This document shows positions 12,601 to 24,400 of a stretch of 64,000 nt of DNA, in pieces. The stretch spans positions 1 through 64,000 of the forward strand of contig NMRA01000784.1 of NCBI GenBank assembly GCA_002633005.1, in the 5' to 3' direction. The position numbers and the translations under genes were made by a program. The stretch is from Phoronis australis (lineage: Eukaryota > Animalia > Phoronida). Within the stretch, counting starts at the first letter, position 1; the number at the start of each line of letters is the position of its first letter. Under the pieces are notes generated by a model, which worked only from the letters and a program-made list of their open reading frames with translations, ran no database searches and was not told the origin of the DNA.

Positions 12601-15600
12601 CAATTAAGGGTTGGTTAGTTACAGACTGGAGTGTGAGAACTCGTTAGATTAATGAATGAAATTTAACAGAATTAGACGTGGCAAGGGTTTGAAGCGTGCA
12701 CCGTTGCAGGTTAAACGCGGGCTTAGTGCGTTGTAGAAATGCAAGCACGAAGCGTCAAACTCAAACTTGCTGCAAGGTCAATTTTTGTACTACAATTTTC
12801 CGAATTTTTGCACCCTATTTTGTACGTTCATATAAATTTTGAAAATATGCTGCTAACGCTTATGACAAAGTTTTCCGGTACATTGCAAGTCGTAACAGGG
12901 TCTACTGTATCTCAAGATGTACCGTGGTACCAGAGGAAGGACCTGCTTGTAGGCTATTGAGACAAAGTTTCATAAAATCGAATTCAAGCACTTTTACAAT
13001 AGGTGATGGAAATTTACCATCAGCATTATAACTCGATAAGACTTTCTAAATTGAAAATCGCTCTCCTCTGTGCAATATCTTTGTCGAACGCAGGATTGAC
13101 AAGTTACGGAAAAACCCTGATGGCTGAATTTGAACAGAGGGCGTGATACAATGTACATATATACGTTTGTTCGCAACAGAATTCTTTAGGCTTCTGCAAA
13201 AAGTTTTTATTAACAATGTTTTGGGGAATGTTTTGGGAAAATCACCTTGCAGAGTAAACAATATCTGCAATAAAATGTAGTTTTCACACCAAAAGCTAAT
13301 CCAAAGTGAATCACGAGCTGCTACCCACAAAAAACAATGCCACGGGCCTTGCTTTTAGTTCTTGTGATGAATATGCAAATTCGGAGTCATGGCAACCTAG
13401 CTTCATTGAAGCTGTAAGATTATGGCTCACCTTGGACCAAGCCAACTAACTTATTTGTATTAGTTATCATGGCAACTTTTTAAGGATTTTCAAAATAGCT
13501 CTTCAGCTTTAGACATACCAAAATTAAATTTGGGGAACTCTATTGTACTAGATGCGGGCAATCTTTATGTTGTTAAAACTATTTCAATTTTTTGCGGAGA
13601 TGACTTGCTTTTTAGAGTATTAGTTATGGTACACTTGTAATAGTTCATGTTGTGTTTTCTTCAGCTTGTTCAAATTCTTTGAACTATCGTTCGCAGGTCG
13701 TGTGCAGCTTATTATATTGCAAGTACTTACCCAGGTAATCGGTGCATTTTCAAGTGTTTGAATGTGGGTGGGAACTAAAATGCTTTGAGCATGTGCGCAT
13801 GCCCTCTGACATGACTGTTATCAAGTCTAGAAGAGGTAATTTTAGCTCCCATATTTTTCAACAGGTAATTCAAGTGTCTTGGTTAGGTTTTCCTTCATCA
13901 TATATGAATTGGCCCTCATTACTGAGTTTGAATAGTTACGATGACAACCTTGCATATTTCAGCTTCGCTATAGTTCAACGGAGGGTCACTGTAACTATTT
14001 GGGGAGTGGTTGATCTTGCCATAGAAACAACAGAATTGCCGATTGTTGCATGCTGACTTCTCAGTTCCCACTGCCAGGGGACATACATGTACATGTAAAT
14101 GCGATGCTGTTGAGTGTCACTCGACCCTAGCAGCCTTTGCTTCACGTATGAGACTACGAAAAGGAAGGGTGGCTTAGTCCATGAATAAAGTTGGTTCTGG
14201 TCTTAACACTATTCAAGTTGAGATAGGTGGTTCATGAAAAAAACAACTGTCCGTATCAATAACAGCCAAGGTTTTGTGTTTTTTAAGCAGCACAAAGACA
14301 CGTAAAGAAAATTAAGAAAACGTTTGAAAATACCTATCTAAAGACAAATATTAAATATGCCATAAAAATGTCAATATTTGCATTTTGTTTTGGGTCACTT
14401 TAACGCCAATTTGTAATAATTGTAGAAACACGAAATGCAGCACTTACTTCTAGAAGAGTGGTACCGAATCGAATTTTCCCACACTGCTTCTATTGGGCCA
14501 GGGTTCTTACACGGTTGCCCGTTGATGAGAAAGGACCAGCGAGTACACCAGGAAATCGAACAAAGAACGCCGCGAAATTGCACGCGCAGTGACGTGTGGT
14601 TTAGTTTCTTCTCGTATGTTAACTTCTGCAAATATTAATATCAGTTGGTTTCACAGTTTTATTAGTGTTAATATGATATTCACTTTCCGGGAAAACAAAT
14701 GCCAAATCCATCGTGTAGTCCCAACCAATGTTGCGACTTGTCAGGAGGCATGTAAACGTGCTTTCTACAGTAGTAAAATATTTCTCGACACTGCTGAGGA
14801 CTCTTTGCAATCGAACAAATAAATAAATAGACATGGAATGCGAAAACATCTAAAAAATAATTTTCTAATAGATATTGACGAATCTACTTCACGGAGATTC
14901 TAACGTGAGGGTTGTTCACTTTGAATATTACCTGAATTTCTTGAAAAATAGCCAGAATCATTATTTTTTGAAACACAGACGAAATACTTGATTTCTTTCA
15001 TCCCAATACAGTTTTCATATTTTCTGCCCTAATTATACGTGCGCATGCGGTCAAAGAGGTCGGACTCGCTGTTGCTTGAAATCTCCATTCCATTCCTCAC
15101 GTCAAAAGTCAAACGAGAAGGAGAGGGAGGGAGAGGGAAAGAGGGAGGGAGAGGGGGAGGGAGAGGGAGAGGTCAAACCCCACATTTTCCAAGGAAGCGG
15201 AATGTCGTACATCCGCGTCTTGCCATACCAAAAAAGGCGCGCTTTGCCGTGTCAGAGAAAAATCAACAAAGTTACAAGTTGGTGACAGAACCTTTCTCTT
15301 GAAACTAAAAACTAAAGGAATCAAAATGTTTTAAAATCTACAGAAATTGAAAATCTTTACGAACAAACCGTATCAATAACAAGTGAACACTCTAGTTTCA
15401 GAGGCCGAGAACCACTCTGAATTATGCAATTTAGATTTTTATTCTCGTCCTACGCCCCTTTAACAAATAGTGTTATTGTGGACAGCGATTTCACAAAACT
15501 TCAGTTTATCGGATATGCCTAGAAAACATTAAGTCCAACGAGACGTTCTTTTTTAGCAATAGAAACGGGTAATTGAACCTGTTGCATTTCAAGCTTATGC

Positions 15601-16795
15601 TTCAAACATACATCTGTACAAGTGCAGTTTTGACAATGAACTACATTGGGTTTTACTCATCACGCAATATCTTCCTGAAAGTAAACGTAAGATACGTCTA
15701 TACTGATGATATGTATACAAAATACGAACTTTAAGAATTCCCGAACTCTTGGTTGCAGAGAAACCAGGGTAATAAAAGTGTTGGACGTTGATGGCGCCAG
15801 TGTCCGTGCACCTCTTTGTGGTCTCTGAAAACAAGAGTAAAAGGATAATAATGTACTACCTGCATGATATGGCAGCTAAGTGGTGACAAAGGGGACACGC
15901 TATGCCTTGCCGGTTCCTTAGTAGTTATACGTGCCTAGCCAGCACGCAGGTATCACGCAGTAGCACGCGATATAGCATTGGTTGGTGTAATCTCTGCAGT
16001 CATTGGTTAACTTTACAACGTGAAAATATGGCGGACTATGAACAATATTTAGCCTTGCTGCAAGTCGTGGTGGCGTAGCGGCAACTATTTCGTTTCTGCA
16101 GTAATGTTTAATAGCCGCATGCTTGAAATACATACATGTACAATAAACACAAATCTGGCCGATTTAACCGGTGTGTTATTCACACTGTATCGATACAGGA
16201 AAGTATCGACAGTAAAAAGATGCGATCTGAAAAGGCGCGACCACAACTTCTGGGATTCACATTCCCTGAACATAAATTTTAAGCACCGATTTATATGTAC
16301 AACAGACAATGTTTACTATTAATGAGAAGAAAATATTGGGGATGGAACAGCGGCGAAAACAAGTTTCAATTAGGAGCCAAGTAACCAAATTTGAAATTTT
16401 TTTAATGCGGAAAGTTTTGCGTTTTTTTGACTTATTCATACAAAAAAATTATGAATGGGCATGAGAAAAAACGTAATTCCAAATAAAATGTTCTTACCAG
16501 TGACTGTGCAGTTCGAAGTGTAGAAGTCCCAGTCGGGGTCGTAGACCAAATTCGAAGAGTCGAGACACGGAAAAAGTCGACAGATATTGCTAACTTTGTT
16601 GACATTGAAAGCGAAACAATCGTCGTCTCGGAGGCACTCATCTCCACAATTCAGCCGAGAAGCAGCAACGAAATTTTTGGCAGTTTCATCGGTGACCCTC
16701 TTTGACTTGACAAGACTGTATGCTCGCTGTCTTTCAAAGGAATTTACTTGGAAAACGCAAGTTGCAAAAAGATATAAACTTAAAAAGTTACACAT
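512..16795 (-). CDS. Gene A (3'-partial): secreted PAN/apple-like + tandem CTHRC1-C-terminal-like domain protein
   Basis: Eight GT-AG exons splice in frame without stops: 16795-16498, 15824-15730, 14625-14448, 11203-11039, 9927-9842, 9506-9311, 4088-3939, 609-512 (1266 nt, 422 aa). Each is homologous to the matching exon of gene B. The equivalents of B exons 9-10 were not found in 1-511 and presumably lie left of the window. Confidence 0.9.
2552..3325. mobile_element. Foldback/MITE-like element with about 75-bp imperfect TIRs
   Basis: tgcagtactgtagtggtaaaatttgaggta..taggcgccca at the left end is the inverse of tgggcgcctaattacctctaattttaccactacagcactgca at the right end. Confidence 0.7.
3939..4088 (-). 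CDS. Gene A exon 7: end of domain 2
   Basis: cttttag|VDGICRGLPSAKLIVSLHVKTYGFVDGSTMEHTLSRWIVEEIRMGVPHAV|gtatgt; paralogous to 25271-25420. Confidence 0.9.
5029..6988. mobile_element. About 250-bp MITE interrupted by the 1.7-kb element
   Basis: Ends CATGCGCGAACC and GGTGCGCGCATG (inverted, 1 mismatch); TSD TAGTC at 5024-5028 and 6989-6993. Confidence 0.8.
5046..6748. mobile_element. Non-autonomous DNA transposon (1.7 kb) with TIRs and 5-bp TSD
   Basis: TIR GTAGGGTGAGCAAACC at 5046-5061 with its exact inverse at 6733-6748; flanking direct repeat CAGGG (5041-5045 and 6749-6753); AT-rich interior with no ORF. Confidence 0.85.
7690..8570 (-). mobile_element. Decayed Gypsy/Ty3 (Gmr1-like) LTR-retrotransposon gag with SCAN-like region and zinc knuckle
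   Basis: FETFTTSKKWDKSEWAVDLSSMLTGKG..YDQLKVTLLHRY*LPENWFRRIFRESKPENGE..FFDRW, then frameshift to LRDLLIGEQFL..VFLRERKPKT, a degenerate knuckle CFNYHRKGHLARNC and NMPVCDG. Contains an in-frame stop and frameshifts; no LTRs recognised. Confidence 0.85.
8892..8979. mobile_element. Short MITE, CATGGGCGGCGCA family
   Basis: Similar to 35488-35629; imperfect TSD ttata/ttaca; contains a 10-N gap. Confidence 0.6.
9311..9506 (-). CDS. Gene A exon 6: core of domain 2
   Basis: SHEFEKRAGDTAVHVIFLAGTFALFGSHGWARWTVHFNDSVCTGPGPVDGILETKDGIFMDGTNG; donor GTAAGT. Confidence 0.9.
9842..9927 (-). CDS. Gene A exon 5: start of domain 2
   Basis: cttttcag|GTCPSSSRFNVQQKTWSGRSTAGKNLTLW|gtagga; paralogous to 26853-26935. 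Confidence 0.85.
11039..11203 (-). CDS. Gene A exon 4: end of CTHRC1-like domain 1
   Basis: IDGICDDILVGTTEVQFAVEPCVVGKSPEHSTGWPLREQIGMSITLEENDMRKAK; resembles CTHRC1 VEGLCEGI..VGTC..ASTGW..IIIEE. Donor G|GTAAGC. Confidence 0.9.
11468..11600 (+). mobile_element. THAP-like N-terminal remnant of a DNA transposon gene
   Basis: MVKRCCCGVCNSDRRY..IF....K......RSW resembles the THAP start MVKRCxxGxCxSDxRY..FxxFPKP..RW; truncated where a dispersed repeat begins. Confidence 0.4.
11600..12243. repeat. Dispersed repeat, second copy at about 41410-41935
   Basis: Collinear similarity from cccgttgctcccaacttgtt to actgaacg..acgct, with an internal indel. Confidence 0.8.
14448..14625 (-). CDS. Gene A exon 3: core of CTHRC1-like domain 1
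   Basis: KLTYEKKLNHTSLRVQFRGVLCSISWCTRWSFLINGQPCKNPGPIEAVW..; resembles CTHRC1 [37 protein letters not shown]. ttgcag acceptor, GTAAGT donor. Confidence 0.9.
15118..15172. repeat. (GGGAGA)n-like polypurine tract
   Basis: Direct reading. Confidence 0.9.
15730..15824 (-). CDS. Gene A exon 2: start of CTHRC1-like domain 1
   Basis: tttcag|..TTKRCTDTGAINVQHFYYPGFSATKSSGILK|gttcgt; phase 1 to 0; paralogous to 32750-32835. Confidence 0.85.
16498..16795 (-). CDS. Gene A exon 1: signal peptide + PAN/apple-like domain
   Basis: Hydrophobic leader MCNFLSLYLFATCVFQVNS, then SRLNCGDECLRDDDCFAFNVNKVSNICRL (C-x3-C-x5-C-x2-FN-x7-C-x-L, PAN-type). Donor G|GTAAGA, phase 1. Confidence 0.9.
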
Positions 16796-16840
16796 TATTT
16801 TTTCTGGTTAATGTGCAGAGTTTCGCAGGAATGAGTCCGC

Positions 16841-17140
16841 TTATATAGAGACCGTGAGTTGCATTGATTTTTGGAAAACACGTGAGTTGAGGGCTTTTTA
16901 AGATTACAACGCAATTGCGTATGGAAGGTCTTGTCACTCATGTAATGTCACAAACAAGGAAACTAAAGCAAACCTTCAATAACGCAATCACTTCAGTTCC
17001 TTTTTACTCGAAAAACAAACTTCCTTGTTCCACTCGTGCTCGAATTCAAGCACGTAAAGCGTGAACACAATTAATAGGAAATCTGTGCAAAAACAAACAT
17101 TGAGATGGTAATGCAGACCCCATAGTAACTGAAGATAACT
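16841..17140 (-). promoter_or_regulatory. Gene A TATA box and proximal promoter
   Basis: TATATAA (minus strand) at 16841-16847, about 45 nt before the ATG. Upstream blocks are collinear and conserved with 33618-33922. Confidence 0.65.
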
Positions 17141-17544
17141 AGACGTCACTGGGTTTGGATAATTGTATATTCACTCATTGGTGTCCTCTGATAGTATGCA
17201 GTAGAGCAAACCACTTGTGTTTTAAATTCCGGGTCTGGTCCGTTGTCATCTTGTATAGTCCAAATTTGGGATTCTTGGAGCTTTGCCTGTGTTCTTTAAC
17301 ACTTCAACACAGGAAAACACGAATTTTCCCTGGTCCTCCGCCCTCGATTCGTTTAACACTATATCATTTTGTTTTCTAAAGTACATTTCATAAAGTGATC
17401 TCTTCCTGCTTCGGCTGATTCAACTTATTCTCATTGAGAAAATCATTTTTCGTTTATTTACGTAAAGGGGACCTTCTTGCTAGCTACCGTAAACCTTTAG
17501 AAGGCGTATTAATTTAATTTGTAGTTGTTAAGCAATGTAAAGCG

Positions 17545-17623
17545 TCTCTCTCTCTCCGTCTCTCCCTCTCTCCCTCACTCCCTCTCTCCCTCTCTCTATC
17601 TCTCTATCTCTCTATATATATAT
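17545..17623. repeat. (CT)n/(TA)n compound microsatellite
   Basis: Direct reading. Confidence 0.9.
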
Positions 17624-18053
17624 GGTATAAGATAACACTTCAGCAGGGTCGATACAGACCTAGTGCTGAAGACCAATGCCGACCTCTCAGATGGAGAGTG
17701 CAACACAAGAGCAGCTCACTCCAGTACAAGTTCTAAACGCATCCAATTCGTCAGGGCAGGTGAGCTAGGATGCAGTAAGCTGGGAGATGAGAGTAGTTCT
17801 GGGAAGAAAGCTTGTTGTGTTTCCGTGTATTTTGGGAAAGGATGGTGCGACCTGACATGATTGTGTGGTCGGACACTCATCAACGTTTTGCCCTTACTGC
17901 AATGGTGTACCTTCGAATGACGATGTTGAAATCGTATCATGAATTTAAAGTTGCTATTTCAAAATGATCCCATTTCCGGACTTGTTGTTGGAGACCTGTT
18001 GCACCATCGTAAATTCCACTCGATATGAATATTCAGGATATTATGACCAGTCC

Positions 18054-19025
18054 AGACCATTTGTCATGTTGCAAAGAAATGGTTTGTTTCTGAAGTGATT
18101 TTATTTAGAAATAATATGTAAGAACAGTTCGTCTCGTTATTATCTGTTATGGGACTAGGTAGCAGTATTTTGTCATTAGAACGACAAGCAATTTGGGAGA
18201 TTTAACTTTTCATTTGCCCACTCACTTATGGAAATGGTTGAGTCTGATTTGCAAGATTAAGAATTTCCAAATCGTTTTTTATTTTGCTATATGTTGTTGA
18301 TTTTTTCATTTTATGTGTGTGTGTGTGTGCTGGTTCTGTTACACGTTGGGTTTAGATAGATGTACAATTCCATTGTCAAAACCATCCTGCCACTGAACAC
18401 GGACTCTTGGCGCTTCTTAACTCGTGGAGCTAGTCAGTCCTGGCAGGCGGTTCACATAGGAGATGGAAAACTAATGACTTCAAACTAACAATGCCTCGCG
18501 GCCAAATCCTTCGCTGGAGAAGACTTCATGAACGAACCTNAGACCATTTGTCATGTCGCAAAGAAATGGTTTGTTTCTGAAGTGATTTTATTTAGAAATA
18601 ATATGTAGGAACAGTTCGTCTCGTTATTATTTGTTATGGGACTAGGGAGCGGTATTTTGTCATTAGAACGACAAGCAATTTGGGAGATTTAACTTTTCAT
18701 TTTGCCCACTCACTTATGGAAATGGTTGAGTCTGATTTGCAAGATTGGGAATTTCCAAATCGTTTTTTATTTTGCTATATGTTGTTGATTTTTTCATTTT
18801 ATGTGTGTGTGTGTGCTGGTTCTGTTACACGTTGGGTTTAGATAGATGTACAATTCCATTGTCAAAACCATCCTGCCACTGAACACGGACTCTTGGCGCT
18901 TCTTAACTCGTGGAGCTAGTCAGTCCTGGCAGGCGGTTCACATAGGAGATGGAAAACTAATGACTTCAAACTAACAATGCCTCGCGGCCAAATCCTTCGC
19001 TGGAGAAGACTTCATGAACGAACCT
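18054..19025. repeat. About 485-bp near-identical tandem duplication joined by a single N (probable assembly overlap)
   Basis: 18054-18539 versus 18541-19025 differ by a few substitutions and a (GT)n length change. Confidence 0.85.
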
Positions 19026-19273
19026 CGAGGAAAAAATCCGGTGTGAAGCCTCGACGGCGGTACTGTAGGAACATGGACTCGATTTCGCTTCGTTAGCGTA
19101 TGGTGCCACTTGCTCCGCTCTCCTTTTGATCTTATCAGTGAGGCCGAGAGGAGTGATTCTATTGACTGAGCACCGAAGGATTTCCATAGTCTTCCTTCGC
19201 GCAAGGCATAAGCATCGAAGAGATAGCTCGGCAGCAAGGCAGTCAGCACTAGTTGAATCTCTATCCAACTATC

Positions 19274-19430
19274 CAGCCTCCCGTTCAGTAACGCTAGGAC
19301 CTCGCTAAAAAGCAAGACTTCGCGAGATTACGTGAGATATTGCCGTGTATTTTAAATGAGAACACGTGACACTGACTAGGTTTTAGCTAGGTCTTAGCGT
19401 AGGTCCTAGCGTCTACTGAACGCACGCCTG
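19274..19430. mobile_element. About 155-bp palindromic MITE, copy 1 of 3
   Basis: cgttcagta.cgctaggacct ends inverted; further copies at 30882-31026 (same orientation) and 53048-53204 (inverted). Confidence 0.8.
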
Positions 19431-19439
19431 CTCTCTGCT

Positions 19440-20330
19440 TATCAAGGTAACACCGGCGCAATGCATGCCGGCATAAAGAAGGCCTTTGGACCCAGTAGTG
19501 TAACTAAGTACGAACCACGGAAGACTGTCGTTGGTGACTTCATAACAGGTTGCAGCAAGTAGATGGAGAGATGCATAGAGCATTAATATCAACTCTGCTC
19601 GGGAAAAAAACGGTGTCGTCGACACAGACATTGGGTGTATAGCATCCCTCTCCACAATGGAAGATCTTGACATACCAACTTCTTTGGAGTAGCTCAACCA
19701 AGGCCATCAAAATCCTGGCTCGCAGCAAAACTCTAGACGGTATTCCCAGAGGTACTCAAGACTGGCAAACACACAGCACTTTTACACAGGTTGCAGAAAC
19801 TTGATCTCCGTTGTTGAGAAGGTTATGTGCCACAAGACATGCGAGACGCAAACGTCATTACATTGCACAAGAATAAAGGCGATCTCACTGACTGCAATAA
19901 TTATCACAGGAAATACCTCCTAAGCATGTTGAGCAAAGCTTTTGCTGCCTTGACTACTGTCATTGTCAGAACGTGTCTAGTCTGAAGCCCAGCGCTGATT
20001 CAGAGCAGGACGATCTACTATCCTATGAGTCATTTTCAAGAAAAGTACCACCAAACAGAGACACTTATTGAACATACATGTAGATCTTACGAAAGCCTTT
20101 GACTTTTTCAGTAGAAAAAGTCTCTTCTCCGCCCATTAAAGGAATAGATGTCCTCCGAAGCTTATCGCGATATGATAACGCCTTTTCATGATGACATGCA
20201 CATTGTTGTCCAGTGCAATGGCTCGCGTCTTCGTATTTATTTCCATCAAGAGTGAAGTGAAGCAGATGTGTGTTCTCGCTCGTACACTCTCCGGTACATT
20301 TTTCTCCTTACTCTTATCATATGCCTTTTG
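19440..20330 (+). mobile_element. Decayed RTE-clade LINE reverse-transcriptase fragment
   Basis: Broken motifs in the expected order: GNTGAMHAGIKKAFGP, DGIP, DCNNY..LLSMLSKAFA, EAQR*FRAGRST, VDLTKAFD, CPPKL, FHDDM, IKSEVKQMCVLARTL. Confidence 0.85.
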
Positions 20331-21288
20331 GTGGTGACATATGCCCTGCTTGTAAGATAAAAGATGCCACTGAGTTTTCGAAAGATAAAATGTGGTTTGT
20401 ATTTTTGTAAATGAGATGTGTGAAACCTCCCAGCTTGAAATGTTTTTAAAACACTGAACACGTGAAAGGCGGTTTTTGATAAAATTAAGGGTATGGAAAG
20501 GTAAGAGATCGCCTTGGAAACCCATATACAAAACTGATAAATATTTAAACAAGTACAAATTCGTCCAGTTAGCATTAACCAAAGTGTTGCACATCCTCTC
20601 AAAACTATTGAACTATAATTTCACAATCAAATGCGATCCCTCACATCTAAACCGATTGACACTTTCCTAACTCAAATTACGCACAACTGCAAATACTTGC
20701 AAACACTTCAGACAATTTATTGAATTATAGCCAGCTCGTTGTCACCTTTGCTGGCGCTTTGCTGGAGGTTTGAATTACGCCTAAACTGTTGGCGTATTTG
20801 CAATCAAGCTTTAGTCAGACATCTACCTCAAAGGACGCTCATGCACAAGACAGACTTTTGTTATAGTCGCGTTAATCATCTTCCGTGACCCTGACTGATA
20901 AGTCTTTTGAAATCAATATTAGCTAAAAAGCCATTCCGGTGGAGAGGATACGAACTAACTGGCAGCGAAAATGACTTCCTCGTGAACAGCCTGTCTGGCT
21001 TAAGGGCTAGAGTTTTCAGTTGGTGACGGCCGGATTGTTAGCGTATATACATATATACATAGTCACGTGATGAGACCCATCAGTCAAGTTACAAATAACA
21101 CTCATTTCTATCTGAAGGCACGTGATAATTTTTTACATGCATGCGTAAAATTTACTTATCCAGCCACAAATTACAGCGCAGTGCCCTCTACCATTGCAAA
21201 TATTTTGTACGTACAACCATGACCAAGCGTAATTATCTCTTTCTGTTCATTATAAATCGGACTTCAGAAAATAAGGTAACATGGAGAT

Positions 21289-21294
21289 TTTATT
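21289..21294 (-). terminator. Candidate polyadenylation signal of gene B
   Basis: AATAAA on the minus strand about 22 nt after the TAA stop. Confidence 0.5.
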
Positions 21295-21316
21295 GGTCCA
21301 GTCTAAAAGCTCCAAA

Positions 21317-21462
21317 TTATTCGTTTGCGCACACTTCTTGGGCAACTATGCGACATCCTCCGCCATAGCACGTGTATGCGTCATTTCCGTCGATTCCTTC
21401 GCATGGTTCAACGTACATCTGGATTGTAACTACCCCTGCCGGCAACTTGCAGAACCCATCAA
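21317..21462 (-). CDS. Gene B exon 10 (terminal coding exon)
   Basis: gtttcag|IDGFCKLPAGVVTIQMYVEPCEGIDGNDAYTCYGGGCRIVAQEVCANE*; resembles the CTHRC1 C-terminus GDASTGW..RIIIEE. Confidence 0.9.
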
Positions 21463-24400
21463 CTGAAACGGATCAAATGAACGAATGAATGTATTACGTA
21501 CTTGTAACAAAACAAATTGCAGTATCTATCAAGGAAAACTTGTGTCTTGATAATCGGCACCCAGAGTCCCTCTCGGCGGACACAACGCAGGCATGAAAGC
21601 CAAAGCGGAAAATTCCAAGACACGAATTTTCTATGCAAGATTTAACAGGAAAAACATTCGTTTTGCAATGCAGAATCCAATATCAATACATCAAACCCAG
21701 AACTTTCCAAAACATTATTTTCACTCAGAAAGACCAAAAACTCATGTTCAAAATTTACCGGTATCATGTCGAAGTCAGGACCAAAATTTATCATGTCAGA
21801 GCTTATTTTGTTTAATTTATCACATAAGGACCAAAAATTTAACATTCCAGGAACAAGATGCTAGGACCGACAATTTAATACGCCTGGACCGATTGTGGGA
21901 GACAATTGTTAATTACGAAATATATGTGTAAACCAATTATCTATTGGACAAAATTACTTGATATAGAAGACCATAGGTACCCACTGAAGTGTTATAGTAT
22001 GCTTAGGGAACAAGGTAAAAATGGTAATTGTAACTGGGCTCACCGTGTCAAAGAAATTGTGTATAGGTACAGTATACGGCTATTGAGAAGTGTGGTTATT
22101 TGGCGCAGGCAATAGTGCTGAATTTTTTTTGGTATTCAAACACAGAGTACTGGATTGTGGCGTACAGGAATGGCAACTGGAAATAGGTAGCTCAAATGAA
22201 TACGAATTTTATAGGCTTATTAAACGTGATCTTGTTAGCCAGCAATATGTGAATTATTTAAGCGCTTATTCGAGAATACTTGCGCAATTTCGATGTTCAG
22301 GTCATTCTCTTAATATAGAGAAAGGGAGACATATGGTATTCCTATAGGTGAGAGAATATGCTTCATATGCTGTCTGAAATTGAACTTGAGCCTCATTTCA
22401 TGTTTCGATGCCCTGTTCTTGGAGACCTTAGAAGAAATCTTCTACCAGACCTTGTGAATGTAACTATAATCTTGTTGGGTTGTTCCAACAGAAAAATCGT
22501 GACAGTACATGTATCTAACACCTTGCATTGTATATTCAGAAGGCTATGGCTTTAAGAGAAGAACTGCTCTTCGTGTAAATACTCTGAATTTATGTATTTA
22601 TGTATGAGTAGGCGAAGCCTACGATGTACAAGAAATGATATTGATATTGATTGATTGAATGATGAAATATTACTCATATAAAAATAGTCTCGCAAAACGA
22701 GACTCTCGTAAGATTGTAATGGTAACTGGTTCTCGGATAGTTTCCAGCACACCAGAAGACCCTGGGATGTTTGTTAAATAGTACTTTATTTGCATAGTTG
22801 TTGAAATAAATTCTCGCTGAACATCTTTGCGGGTGCATCCGTTTTTGATTATACGCTATACCTGAAAATTACCAATTGGCAATAAGTTTGTTCACCAGGT
22901 AAACATACATGTACGTGTCTCCCTAAATTCACGGAGCTATTGCGAATACTCACTGATCATCATGTGATTCTGGTCGTCGAGTGTTTCTTTTTGCAATGCG
23001 CGGGTGTAAATGCCACCGGCTATTGGTCCCGGATCCTGACATCGCTGACCGTTGAGTAGGAATCCCCACGTGGAACACGTATCGTTACCACTTTGGCGCA
23101 GATTACCTTGATAGTAAACGCGGAGGTAACTGGTTGAGGACTGCTTATTGAAAGTAGCGTTCTGTAATAGAAGAATGACTGCTGAACAGAGGGCTTTTAT
23201 TTTTTTCAAAACAAGCTTGCGTAATTGTAAGTTTTATGAGTTTTGTCTGAAGAAACAAGGGATTGGCAGTTCTTTGGAAGTCCATGCACTTGTCTCGGGA
23301 ATCATGTAAGACTACATTCATAACCTGAGGTGGACTACATGTAATTAGGACTTGCTCTTTTGACTGAAACAATGGGTGGGTATAATGCCGCTTTAGTACA
23401 TCCTTTTTCGAAACAAAATAAAGATATGGTTTGGAACCAGTTTGGATAGTAGGCGTCCAACTGCAAAGAAGTTGCCAAACATTACTAACGGTAGTGGTGT
23501 ACCATCAAAAATTAAAATTGACCTAAAAAGTCGTTGAAACTCTGATGATAAGTTTGAAAATATTTGAATCTGAAGTTTCGAATAAACTAACTTGCGGTAA
23601 AATCAGTTTTATGAAGATTTTAACTAAAAATTAGCGGAGATAGTTCTGTATCTTTAAACAGTGATACCGTTTTAGGGATTCCATCTTGAAAATTAACATC
23701 AAGTAAAAATTAATTTGAACATGCTATTGATACCTCCATTGTTTTGCTATCAAATTACCTTTCTGTTTTGTTAAATTTTATTGACATACTGGTATAATGT
23801 CAAAATCAAATTCTCCAGGTTTCTCACTTTCAGAAAACTTGTACTTTTTCAGAATTTTAATCTGCATGTAAGTTATCATCGTGATAAAAATCCGCCCACC
23901 TCCAATCTCAATGAATTCCATTTCAGCTTATCACGTAAGTATTGGGTAAATTGGTATCAACATCTTACAAATGACAAAGATCCGACATCTGTAGGGTCAG
24001 CTTCGTCCCAATACCATTGTTGAAGGTTGTAATAGTTGCAGATGCGATCTCCGTTCGGAAGGTCTGAAAAGGGTCGGAGACGATTATTCAACAAGGCAAG
24101 AAAACACTGACTGTACAATTTCTGCACGCACCTTCACACGTGGTATTTGGATAGACAGGGCATTTCACACAAATATACGTGAAGTAGGATGAGTTACTCA
24201 AGCTCATAAGTTCGACTTTGTTACAACCAGTTGTTGTTCGTAAGAAAAGGACTAATATTTTCAACAAGAACAATTTAAGTTAAATAGTAGCACTAATAAA
24301 TTCACGGTTAAAGACAACACTAGGTTTTGCCTGTTCTGGCTTCTCAGAGTGGTGACGTAATTTTGCGACACGACTCTCTCTTGCTGTTACACTGTGCGTA

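Noticed and set aside
13731-14070. Possible extra gene A exon (cag acceptor, gtaagt donor)
   Set aside because: In-frame stop after about 50 codons, no counterpart in gene B, and exons 3 and 4 already join in frame.
18054-19025. Biological tandem duplication
   Set aside because: The copies abut a single N and differ like alleles, so a contig-overlap artefact is more likely.
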